This document shows, in pieces, positions 21,726-30,917 of a stretch of 64,000 nucleotides of DNA. A program made the translations under genes and the position numbers. The notes below the pieces were generated by a model that did no database searches, was not told the origin of the DNA, and saw only the letters and a program-made list of their open reading frames with translations. The DNA is from an uncultured virus (IMG/VR IMGVR_UViG_3300010223_000002) (Duplodnaviria > Heunggongvirae > Uroviricota > Caudoviricetes). Location: the IMG/VR virus record IMGVR_UViG_3300010223_000002. One strand, 5' to 3'. Numbering within the stretch: the first letter of the stretch is position 1; the number at the start of each line of letters is the position of its first letter.

Positions 21726-22118
21726 AATCAAGCTCGAATGGCGCTAGACAGGCGCTAGACAGCCCCTAAACGGCCTAACCTGCCCTGCCCTGCCCTACCT
21801 ACCTACCACGCTCGAAACGCGCCGCTAGAGCCAGCCAAACTCAACCACGCTAGCCAAATTAGGCCACGCTGCCACGCAAATAGGTCTAAAAAGCTCCCAA
21901 AGCAATCCAACTACCTCATGGGTATGGATATGCGAAAGGACGAGCAATGGGCCTTAGATTCGCAGCAATCGCCATTTATCTATTGTCAACACTTTCAGAC
22001 TAACTCAAATCATGGAATCTAAATATATCACAAGTGATCCATATGGATACATCGAATCGATTACCACATACTTAACAATAGATCGCATTGATATAGTAAG
22101 TGTTCCATGTAGAGCGCG

Positions 22119-22148
22119 TTGACACCTGGAACCGTTCCACGTTACACT
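22119..22148 (+). promoter_or_regulatory. Sigma70-like promoter of the replication operon with an operator in the spacer
   Basis: TTGACA-N18-TACACT; spacer contains the palindrome TGGAAC-C-GTTCCA. Confidence 0.7.
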
Positions 22149-22194
22149 CCTTTTAATCTAATGCCCAATACTCTAAACTATAGGAGATAACATA

Positions 22195-23010
22195 ATGGGC
22201 TGGGAACAAGCTAAAGAAGTAGCAGAGAAATCTAGAGGTGGTGGGTCGTATATTAAGCTGGAAAACGACGGAGATAAGATAGTATGTGCTTTCTTAGGAG
22301 AGCCATTTGCTAAAGAAATACATTGGACTGGAGATACCTCAGAACTATGTGAAGGAGAAGATTGCAAACATTGCAGAAAAGGTAAAAATCCTTCTGCTCG
22401 TTTTAGCATAAATGTTTATGTTAAAACACTAATGACTAAAACAAAAAAAGGTTATGATGAAGAGGAAATAGAAGAAGTCCGTATATTTGAACAAGGCATT
22501 TACTTTTTTAATGACCTTGTCACTGTTGATGAAAAATATAGTTTTGGCAAATACTGGTTTGAAATAGAAAGACAAGGTAAAGCTAAGAGTACGAGAACCA
22601 GGTACAAAATAAATGTACTACCTGAAGATAAAATAACTAAAGCAGAAAAAGAAATGCTAGGTGAAGTTGAACTATTCAACTTGGAAAATCCTAGAGGTAA
22701 TGACGATGATGACGATGATGACGATGATGACGATAAAACTGAACGTAAATCATCTTCAAAAAATGATCGTAAACCATCTAAATCATCCAAAGACGATGTA
22801 ATAGATACAGAGGATTCTCAAAATATAGTCACTAGACTAAAGATGCGTCCAAGAGAAGAACTTAACGAATTCATGAAAGAATTCAACATCAAAAGAATCA
22901 AAGATCTTAAACAAAGTCAACTAAAACAAGTATTAGCTTACTTAGACAAGCTAGAAGGAAGTGAAGAAAAAGATAGCGAAGATGATGACGAAGTAGATCC
23001 ATTTGCATGA
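22195..23010 (+). CDS. Putative phage single-stranded DNA-binding protein
   Basis: YIKLENDGD N-terminus, HW...C....C..C Zn motif, acidic tail ending DPFA; first gene of the replication block. Confidence 0.7.
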   Translation: MGWEQAKEVAEKSRGGGSYIKLENDGDKIVCAFLGEPFAKEIHWTGDTSELCEGEDCKHCRKGKNPSARFSINVYVKTLMTKTKKGYDEEEIEEVRIFEQGIYFFNDLVTVDEKYSFGKYWFEIERQGKAKSTRTRYKINVLPEDKITKAEKEMLGEVELFNLENPRGNDDDDDDDDDDDKTERKSSSKNDRKPSKSSKDDVIDTEDSQNIVTRLKMRPREELNEFMKEFNIKRIKDLKQSQLKQVLAYLDKLEGSEEKDSEDDDEVDPFA

Positions 23011-23039
23011 TTTTGAATAACTAATTGAAACATTTTATT

Positions 23040-23062
23040 CGCCCCGGTTACAAATCGGGGCG
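23040..23062. terminator. Stem-loop after the ssb-like gene
   Basis: CGCCCCGGTT-ACA-AATCGGGGCG inverted repeat. Confidence 0.5.
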
Positions 23063-23076
23063 TATTAGTCTAAAAA

Positions 23077-24489
23077 ATGAAAGTAAAAGCATTAGTATCT
23101 GGAGAAATAATAATCAAAGGATTACCAGATCCAGTTTTTCACGAACTAAGAGAAAAATTAAGCTTCACTAATCCATATTATGTAGCAGCTAAAAGATTTG
23201 CTAAAAATAAAGATAATATAGATCATATACCTAAAACTATATACTGTGTAAAACCAGATAGACTAGGATATGCTCATGCTCCTAGAGGAGCAGTAAACAT
23301 AATTAGAGAGATACTAGATTCACACAATATAGAAGTAGAAATAGTCGATGGTAGAACAACTGGTAAACCAATAACATGTAAAGCTGCATTAGGTTTAAGA
23401 GAATACCAAAGAAATGCACAAACCGCAGCTATAAAAAGAGTACAAGGTATTATCGTACTTCCATGTGGAGGCGGTAAAACATATATTGGCGTATCTATTA
23501 TTGGTAAAATAAAAAGAACTGCTTTAATTGTTGTACACACAAAAGATTTAAGAGATCAGTGGTTAGATTCATTAAAAAAAATCGGAATTAATGCAGGTCA
23601 AATAGGCGATGGTATAATTGACATACAAGACGTAACTGTTGCTATCGTAGACTCAATTGAAACTGTATTAAAGAAAAAAGAAAATGTCAAACTATTCACC
23701 AGATTTGGAATAGTTATAGTCGACGAATCACACCACGTTCCAGCTAATACGTTCCAAAAAATATTACCTCATCTACCAGCCAAATGGCGTTATGGACTAA
23801 CAGCTACGCCAGATAGAGAAGATGGATTAACTAACCTAATGTATTGGTCATTAGGAACACAACTATTCAACTATCCTACAGATAAGCTAATAGAAGATGG
23901 ATTTCTAATTAATGCATCAGTTATACCAATAGAAACAGATTTTAGATTCAATCAAATGTTTGGTGATTCTGCTAATAGTACAGAATATATACACAAAATG
24001 ACAGTGGCACTTATCAAAGACGACTGGAGAAACGATCTAATAGTATCGCTAGCTGAAAAAGAAGCTAAAAAAGGAGAAAGCGTACTCCTATTATCTAATA
24101 GAGTAGAACATTGTTATTATTTGGCTGAAGAGATATCAAAACGAGGAGTTTCTTGTGTTGCTCTAACTGGTAAAACAAAGAAACAACTAAGAAAACCAAT
24201 TCTTGAAAAATTTAGAGTAGGCAAAATTCAATGTCTAACAGCTACAAGTTTGGCAGACGAAGGATTAGATGTTCCTAAACTAAGTAGATTGATATTAGCA
24301 CTTCCTAGTAAAGCTAAAGGTAGAACTACCCAAAGAGCCGGACGTGTTATGAGACCAGGTAAAAATAGCGCAGTTATATATGACATAGTAGACTCCAAAG
24401 TGCCAACACTATTAGCTAGATGGCTACAAAGAAAAAGAATATTTCGGGGTATCGGACTAGATATTAAAGAATTGAGGAAATCTTTCTAA
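23077..24489 (+). CDS. SF2 DEAD/DEAH-box helicase (UvsW/XPB-like)
   Basis: LPCGGGKT, DESHH, GLTATPDR, EGLDVP, QRAGRVMR. Confidence 0.92.
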   Translation: MKVKALVSGEIIIKGLPDPVFHELREKLSFTNPYYVAAKRFAKNKDNIDHIPKTIYCVKPDRLGYAHAPRGAVNIIREILDSHNIEVEIVDGRTTGKPITCKAALGLREYQRNAQTAAIKRVQGIIVLPCGGGKTYIGVSIIGKIKRTALIVVHTKDLRDQWLDSLKKIGINAGQIGDGIIDIQDVTVAIVDSIETVLKKKENVKLFTRFGIVIVDESHHVPANTFQKILPHLPAKWRYGLTATPDREDGLTNLMYWSLGTQLFNYPTDKLIEDGFLINASVIPIETDFRFNQMFGDSANSTEYIHKMTVALIKDDWRNDLIVSLAEKEAKKGESVLLLSNRVEHCYYLAEEISKRGVSCVALTGKTKKQLRKPILEKFRVGKIQCLTATSLADEGLDVPKLSRLILALPSKAKGRTTQRAGRVMRPGKNSAVIYDIVDSKVPTLLARWLQRKRIFRGIGLDIKELRKSF

Positions 24490-27400
24490 TGGAATCTACT
24501 AATTTTAAAGATTTCGTAGAAGAAGTTAGAAATAGAACTTCTATTATAAGTGTAATAGAAGAAGATGCTAAATTAGAACGTAAAGGAAGAATATTACTAT
24601 GTAATTCTCCATTAAGAGACGATAATGATCCCAGTTTTGCCGTATATCCAGATACAGAAAGCTGGTTCGATTATGGTATACATAAAGGAGGAGATGTATT
24701 TGAATATGTACAACAAAAAATAGGATGTAGCTTTAATGAAGCAGTAGAAATATTAGCAGAAAGATGCGGACTTGAACCATATTGGCTAAAAAAAGACTTC
24801 AATAACTCTGAATCACATAGCGAGCAAACTGCTAATTATGAAGAACGACTAAAAATAGAGCATATACTCACTTTAGCTACTGCTTATTATCACAAAAATT
24901 TACCACAAAAAATAAGAGAAGAATTTTATCATCAAAAATATGGATTTACAGATGAAACTATCGACGAACTACAACTAGGATGGGCAGATGGAAATCTGTA
25001 CAAATATCTTAAAAAAGAATTAGAAGAAGATGATCAAGAATATATAGTAAAATCAGGTCTATTCGTAAAGATAAAAGGTGGAAAAGTAAAAGACTTTTTC
25101 TCCAAAAGACTATTCTTTCCATATTGGTATAGAGGTAGGGTTGTATATGCAATAGCAAGACGAGCCGATCCTTACAGTAGTGATGAAGATTGGGATAAAG
25201 CTAAATATAAAAAACTACTAACACATAGTGAAGGTCATGATTACATATCTAAGACAGTATCAAATGAATGGTTTTACAATGAAGATGCGTTAGTAAGAAG
25301 AGTAAAAAGAGCAGTTATTACTGAAGGTGTCACTGATTGTATATCTGCTAAACAAGCAGGTATTCCATGTATATCTCCAGTTACCACTAGATTTAGAGAA
25401 AAAGATATACCAAAGCTACTAATACTAGCTAAAAAAACAGATCAAATAATCATATGCAATGATGCTGACGTTTTGCCAGATGGCACCAGGCCAGGTGAAG
25501 ATGGAGCAGTAAAAACAGCAAATGCTCTGCATAAAAATGATAATGATGTAAGAATAGCAGAACTTCCACGACCTGAAGACGCTACTAAAATTGACCTAAA
25601 TGAATTCCTACTTACTCATAGTAGTGAAGAACTTATATCTATATTAGATCAAGCAAACACATATCCAGATTTTCTTTTATCTAAAGTAGACTCCTCCTCT
25701 CCAACTAAAGAACAAAACGAAGTATACAAACAAGTATGCGAATTAGTATGTTTTTGCTCAGAATTGGAACTAGAGAGATACGCTGAAAATATATCAAAAA
25801 CATTCAGGATATCAAAACCACAAGTAAAAGCAACAATAAAAACAGCTAGAAAAAAGCAAAAGGAAGAGGATAGACAAGAAGAAAATAAAAAGAAACAAGA
25901 AGCTAAAGAACGTCGAAATAGAATCGATGAAAGTATTAGGGGCAAAATATATGAAGATATAGGATTCTATTATGTTAAATCAGAAAAAGCAGGCGTAGAA
26001 CATGTGGACGTAATCTCATCTTTTGTTATAACTACTAGATACAAGATAGATACAGGACAAACACAATTAATAGTTGGAGATATAACGAGTAGTAATAATA
26101 TAACTACAGAAAAGTATGTTTTCCCAAAAAATACTTGGGTAAGCAGAAAAGATCTTATTAAATCATTACCTAATCCAGATTTAATGTGGACTGGAAGTGA
26201 TGACAATGTTCAGTATTTGATGCAAAATCTAGCAAATACTGATGTTCCTACATATAAAGGTACAGATAATTTAGGTTATTTTGAAGATGCAGACGGTAGA
26301 AGATGGGTAACTGGAGATTACGTATTAGATTCTAATGGACATATGAAAAATCCAGATGTCGTTTACTATGGTAATTATGAATCACTTAACGGTAGAATGA
26401 AATATGATGAAGTAAACGAAACAGAACTAAAATCTATAGCAAAGGACGTGCTAGCTCAACTTACAAATCTGAATATGCATCAAATAATCGTACCAATTTT
26501 AGGTTGGTTTTTTGCTACCCCATTTAAACCAAGAATAAATAAACATATGGGACACTTTCCAATATTAGTTATATGGGGAACACAAGGTTCTGGTAAAACT
26601 TCTATAGTTAGAGAAATATTTTGGCCACTTTTTGGAGTAGGAAGAAAAACAGATCCATATTCTGTCACTGAAACAGACTTTGCACTAATGAGACTTCAAG
26701 CTTCTACTAATTCAATTCCAGTATTTTTAGACGAATATAAACCAAAAGATATGGGTAAAATAAAAATGGAAAAACTCCATAGAGCTCTTAGACGAGGCTA
26801 TGGAGGTGAAACAGAAGAAAGAGGTAGACAAGATCTAACTATAGTTAGCTTCCATTTACATGCTCCTATCGTGTTAGCTGGTGAATCTAAACCTATGGAA
26901 GACGCAGCCTTATTGGAAAGAATTATAAGCGTTTCACCAGAAAAGAATACACTAACAGATAACAGAGAAATGCAAAAAGAATTTAGAAGAGTATCTAGAC
27001 AAAATCTTTGTGCCTTATCTACTTACATAATAACCAAATCATTAGATACAGAAATAGAATCTCAAGTAAAAGAATCAAAAAAGATAGCTAAAACTATACT
27101 AAAAAAGATAGGTAAATTAGATAAAACACCGATCCGTTGTCTTGACAATCTATCTATAATGGTATTTGGTATATTGCAGTATGAATCAATATGTGAATCT
27201 TTAGACGTAGAAGTTCCAGAAATAGATCTAGAACCAGTATTCGAATATCTAACAGAAGAAATACTAGAAGGTGGAGATGGAGTTAAAAGTGCATTGGATA
27301 GCTTTATGGAAGCATTAAGCGTATATGCTCAATCTGGAGATTTACAAGATGAAAAACATTATACTTATATTGAAAATAAACTTCATATAAATCTACCACT

Positions 27401-27677
27401 ATGTTATGAGGTATATCTAGAAAAAAGAAGATCTACCGGCAGAGGTGATGATACAAATGGAATAAAAGCACTGAAAAGAATCATAAACGAAAATAAAAAA
27501 CGTGGTGGATATGTACTAGATACAGGAAAGCAAATAAAGCTAGGTAATAGTAGACCTAGATGTATTGTAATAGATCCAGAACTAGTACCAGAATCATTAG
27601 ATTTCTCTCCATTCCCTAAAAAACAACAAAGACTTTGGGGTGGTGGGCGATTCGAGTCAGATAATGATATCAATTAA
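24489..27677 (+). CDS. DnaG-type primase fused to a P-loop helicase
   Basis: CHC2-like N-terminus (PSFAVY...GGDVF), TOPRIM (TEGVTD, CNDAD, KIDLNEF), Walker A GTQGSGKT, Walker B FLDEY. Confidence 0.9.
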   Translation: MESTNFKDFVEEVRNRTSIISVIEEDAKLERKGRILLCNSPLRDDNDPSFAVYPDTESWFDYGIHKGGDVFEYVQQKIGCSFNEAVEILAERCGLEPYWLKKDFNNSESHSEQTANYEERLKIEHILTLATAYYHKNLPQKIREEFYHQKYGFTDETIDELQLGWADGNLYKYLKKELEEDDQEYIVKSGLFVKIKGGKVKDFFSKRLFFPYWYRGRVVYAIARRADPYSSDEDWDKAKYKKLLTHSEGHDYISKTVSNEWFYNEDALVRRVKRAVITEGVTDCISAKQAGIPCISPVTTRFREKDIPKLLILAKKTDQIIICNDADVLPDGTRPGEDGAVKTANALHKNDNDVRIAELPRPEDATKIDLNEFLLTHSSEELISILDQANTYPDFLLSKVDSSSPTKEQNEVYKQVCELVCFCSELELERYAENISKTFRISKPQVKATIKTARKKQKEEDRQEENKKKQEAKERRNRIDESIRGKIYEDIGFYYVKSEKAGVEHVDVISSFVITTRYKIDTGQTQLIVGDITSSNNITTEKYVFPKNTWVSRKDLIKSLPNPDLMWTGSDDNVQYLMQNLANTDVPTYKGTDNLGYFEDADGRRWVTGDYVLDSNGHMKNPDVVYYGNYESLNGRMKYDEVNETELKSIAKDVLAQLTNLNMHQIIVPILGWFFATPFKPRINKHMGHFPILVIWGTQGSGKTSIVREIFWPLFGVGRKTDPYSVTETDFALMRLQASTNSIPVFLDEYKPKDMGKIKMEKLHRALRRGYGGETEERGRQDLTIVSFHLHAPIVLAGESKPMEDAALLERIISVSPEKNTLTDNREMQKEFRRVSRQNLCALSTYIITKSLDTEIESQVKESKKIAKTILKKIGKLDKTPIRCLDNLSIMVFGILQYESICESLDVEVPEIDLEPVFEYLTEEILEGGDGVKSALDSFMEALSVYAQSGDLQDEKHYTYIENKLHINLPLCYEVYLEKRRSTGRGDDTNGIKALKRIINENKKRGGYVLDTGKQIKLGNSRPRCIVIDPELVPESLDFSPFPKKQQRLWGGGRFESDNDIN

Positions 27678-28179
27678 TATGCTGAAGTTATTCCAACCTA
27701 TCATTAAAAACACCTACTCCGTAGGTGAACGTAAAAACACAACGAAAACGACCACTTGCGAAATCAACTGTACGAATCTGGACTATAATGGGCAATTAAT
27801 CACTTATGGTCACCTCCTTCCGTATTGTCAAACATAAATAAAAATCTAGTAAAAGATGTACTGTTGCTAGGTGAATCACATGCAATATGTAATAAACACA
27901 AGCAGAAACGCACACTTACAAGACAACCTTCGTTTTTACCGAGGATTTGGTCAAGATCTCACTTTTTCAGAGCAAGATCTCAGCAAGATCTCAGTCTTGA
28001 GAGCACAAACTGAGATCTGATCAGGTATTCATATATTGTTGGCAAGTGCGCGAAATGATTCAGTTATTGATGCCATACCTACTCCGATTTGTATACATTT
28101 CATATTTGAAATTTCAACTAGTTACAGTTCAAGATCTCAAGATCTCAGTAAAAAATATGGAGACTATGGGCGCGCGCGT

Positions 28180-28240
28180 AGCACTTTTGATGCCAAAAAA
28201 TATGGAATATTATACAAAACGAATTGGCATAGTTTTAGCT
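28180..28240. promoter_or_regulatory. Divergent pair of sigma54-type motifs
   Basis: 28180-28196 (-) TTGGCATCAAAAGTGCT and 28224-28240 (+) TTGGCATAGTTTTAGCT, both GG-N10-GC. Confidence 0.55.
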
Positions 28241-28662
28241 TCGTAAAGCATCGTTATGCGATACAAAAAAAATCAATGCTCATTTCCTAGAGTAACTCTC
28301 TCCAAATTTTTGTGAGATCTTGAGATCTTGAGGCTAAGTATTCAAAAACATGAGCAAATCGCTGCACAACTCAGATCTCAAGATCTCAATTTTGGTGAGA
28401 TCTTGCGTATGGTCATTCTCAAGATCTCAGCCAAGTTTTACAAGATATTACATATCCAGTAGTGATCCTGAGAAAGCATGGAATGCTTGTAGGTGTAAAT
28501 GTTCAGCGTGGAAGGAATTAGTGTTAACCGGAATATCAATTTTTCTTGATAAAAGCATTCATTTGGCATTATTTTTAGAATGCATAAATATACAAATGAT
28601 AAATCATTACCAATGTGCAACAGTAAAATATGGAAAAGCTGGTTCGTGCGCGAGCGCGTAAG

Positions 28663-28789
28663 AGCAAGGTTTATGCCAAATTTTTACAAGTTATAATCTA
28701 TGTTTTATAATTCAAGCAATAAAACTTGGAACAATTACCATATCGGAAACTGCACGCGGGCGTGCGCGTAAGAGCAATTGATATACCAA
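28663..28789 (-). promoter_or_regulatory. Two tandem sigma54-type motifs within a duplicated GCGCGTAAGAGCAA unit
   Basis: 28663-28679 (-) TTGGCATAAACCTTGCT and 28773-28789 (-) TTGGTATATCAATTGCT. Confidence 0.6.
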
Positions 28790-28816
28790 CTTTTAGTAGA
28801 TAAAAAAGGAGACAAT

Positions 28817-29317
28817 ATGTCTATCGCTTCTAAATACGGGAAAATAACTTGTAAGAATTACTCACCTATAGTTAACAGTAAAAGATGCGAACATTACAAT
28901 AATGATGGCTCTTGTTCTTTACCAGAAGAAGGTATGTGTGTAGAATGGTTGAAGAAAAATAAGAATAAAAACGTCAAAGAAAAAAATATAACATTAGGCG
29001 TACCAACTAAAGTTGGCGCTAATGATGGTGAAGATGAGAAAAGACCTAGAATAGTTATAGCTAGAGATGAGAAAAAGATAGACGAACCATATGTAATTCC
29101 AGAGTCAGATATAGATGAGTTAGAAAAGACAGGTATGACTATGATACTTTCTGCGGATGAATTCGAAGATGATGTTTATGTTGTACCTAAATATACAGAT
29201 AAACAAGAAGAAAGAATAGAACTTACTTGGAGAGATTTAGCTACCATTACAACAATGGTATCTGTTTTTCCCGGCAGCAGAGTTGTAAGAGTAAGAAAGA
29301 ATAATAGAAAGGCATAA
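28817..29317 (+). CDS. Hypothetical protein with an N-terminal Cys cluster
   Basis: AGGAG SD before ATG 28817; C..C...C...C pattern. Confidence 0.7.
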   Translation: MSIASKYGKITCKNYSPIVNSKRCEHYNNDGSCSLPEEGMCVEWLKKNKNKNVKEKNITLGVPTKVGANDGEDEKRPRIVIARDEKKIDEPYVIPESDIDELEKTGMTMILSADEFEDDVYVVPKYTDKQEERIELTWRDLATITTMVSVFPGSRVVRVRKNNRKA

Positions 29318-29321
29318 TATA

Positions 29322-30590
29322 ATGGCTAAATTTAAGAATAAGCATTTATCGGTTAGTCGAGTAAAAAGATATGAGCAGTGTCCACTATCTTTTAAGTTGA
29401 CTTATATAGATAAGGCCAAAAGAGAGTTTGGAGAAGCAACAGATATCGGTAAATTTTTACACTTAGTGTTAGAAAACATATTCCAATGGATAATAGATGA
29501 AGAATATATTGGAATAATAGATGAAGGTTTTGTTAAGGAAGTATACGATGATTTATGGGTAAATTCAGAAGATGGCATGAGACTTAGTGGAGTGGAGTTG
29601 TATGAAGAAGGGCTTGATATATTGACTAAGTATATAAAGTCTTGTGGTCCAGTTGATGCTTATGATTTAATATCTACAGAACATGCTTTTGATATAGTTG
29701 TTGAGGCAGAAGGCGTCAAATATACTATCAATGGTATAATTGACAGAGTTGATGTTAGGGATGGTGTTTTACATATAGTGGACTACAAGAGCAATAGGAT
29801 ACCATTTTCTAGATCTGAATTAGAGACAGATCTACAGATGAGTTTATATACTTACGCAGCTAAAAAACTGTGGCCGCAATTCGCTAATTCAGAGGTTTAT
29901 TGCGAATATCATATGCTTAGATTAGGATACATACAAACTCCTAGTAGACCTAGAACAGATGAGGAGTGTGAAACTGCCATTAGATATATGATTAAGATAG
30001 CACAAAGAACAGAGAGGACAGATTGCAGATTCCCAGCGAAACTTAATGCATATTGTTGTTATTGTGATCAAGCAGATAATTGCGATTCTTACCAGAATAT
30101 ACTTGAAGGTAAGGTCGGCATATTTAAACTTAAGTCATTACCAATTACTTCTTCAGATTTATTAAAGTTGAGTCAACATAGAGAAGTAGTATCTGCCGTT
30201 TCTGGTATATCTTACAAAAGACGAAAGCAAATAGATGAACTTATTAGAGCTAGATTAGAACATGAAAAAGACATTCCGATCGGTGATCTGGTTTATTATG
30301 TGTCTACTCCGGTAGATAAAAGTTATGAACCACTTAAGTTGATAGGTATATTGTCTAAATATATGGATAAGGATGAGATTATAAATAGAATATTGGTTGT
30401 TAGAAAAGAGAGTTTAAAGGAGTTAGTAGATGAAATTAGAGCTAACTTGAATAATGCTGAAAGAGCACTTCTTTCAGCTAAAATAGCTTCCGTTGAGGAA
30501 AGATCAGGGGGGACACCTAGAATAAATGTTAGAAAAAATAGAAAGGTAGCGCCGGATGATGGAAGATTTGAAGTTAGGAAAGTAAAATGA
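29322..30590 (+). CDS. PD-(D/E)XK nuclease, RecB/AddB/Cas4-like
   Basis: LSVSR...YEQCP, G..LH, GIIDRVD, IVDYKS, Q...Y, CCYC.....C (Fe-S staple pattern). Confidence 0.9.
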   Translation: MAKFKNKHLSVSRVKRYEQCPLSFKLTYIDKAKREFGEATDIGKFLHLVLENIFQWIIDEEYIGIIDEGFVKEVYDDLWVNSEDGMRLSGVELYEEGLDILTKYIKSCGPVDAYDLISTEHAFDIVVEAEGVKYTINGIIDRVDVRDGVLHIVDYKSNRIPFSRSELETDLQMSLYTYAAKKLWPQFANSEVYCEYHMLRLGYIQTPSRPRTDEECETAIRYMIKIAQRTERTDCRFPAKLNAYCCYCDQADNCDSYQNILEGKVGIFKLKSLPITSSDLLKLSQHREVVSAVSGISYKRRKQIDELIRARLEHEKDIPIGDLVYYVSTPVDKSYEPLKLIGILSKYMDKDEIINRILVVRKESLKELVDEIRANLNNAERALLSAKIASVEERSGGTPRINVRKNRKVAPDDGRFEVRKVK

Positions 30591-30871
30591 GGTTCAATTC
30601 AATAATTTATGAAAAAAGAAGTAGAATGGGTATCGGTATTAGGAGCTTATCTAGAATGTTAGATATATCTCCAACCCATTTACGTAGATTAGAAACAAAT
30701 CAATCTAAACCATCGGAGGAATTAGTTAAGAAGATTTCAGATGTATTGAATATGGATTTTGACTTATTAATGATATCCACTAATAGGATACCTAGCGATA
30801 TTCAAGAATATTTGATTCGTAACCCTTCAGAAATCCGAAAGATCAGAGCGCAAATCACAACGGAAGTGTAA
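30587..30871 (+). CDS. XRE-family HTH regulator
   Basis: GIGIRSLSRMLDISPTHLRRLE...PS HTH; similar to the 1..407 gene. Confidence 0.85.
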   Translation: MRFNSIIYEKRSRMGIGIRSLSRMLDISPTHLRRLETNQSKPSEELVKKISDVLNMDFDLLMISTNRIPSDIQEYLIRNPSEIRKIRAQITTEV

Positions 30872-30917
30872 CTCTTGTGAATTTCCGCTTGCGTTCGTTG
30901 CAGGAAAGAGGGAAGAT

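Larger units (their letters stand above)
27678..28800. other. Putative replication origin (non-coding, iteron-like repeats)
   Basis: 12 AGATCT-core repeats between 27954 and 28427, directly downstream of the primase-helicase; the C/G strand bias appears to reverse across it. Confidence 0.7.

Noticed and set aside
27640..28661. Short ORFs in the iteron region
   Set aside because: No convincing SD, atypical composition, mutually overlapping, and dominated by the AGATCT repeats
29322..30590. Cas4 as part of a CRISPR-Cas system
   Set aside because: A stand-alone RecB/Cas4-like nuclease in a replication block is common in phages; no cas1/cas2 or array is present
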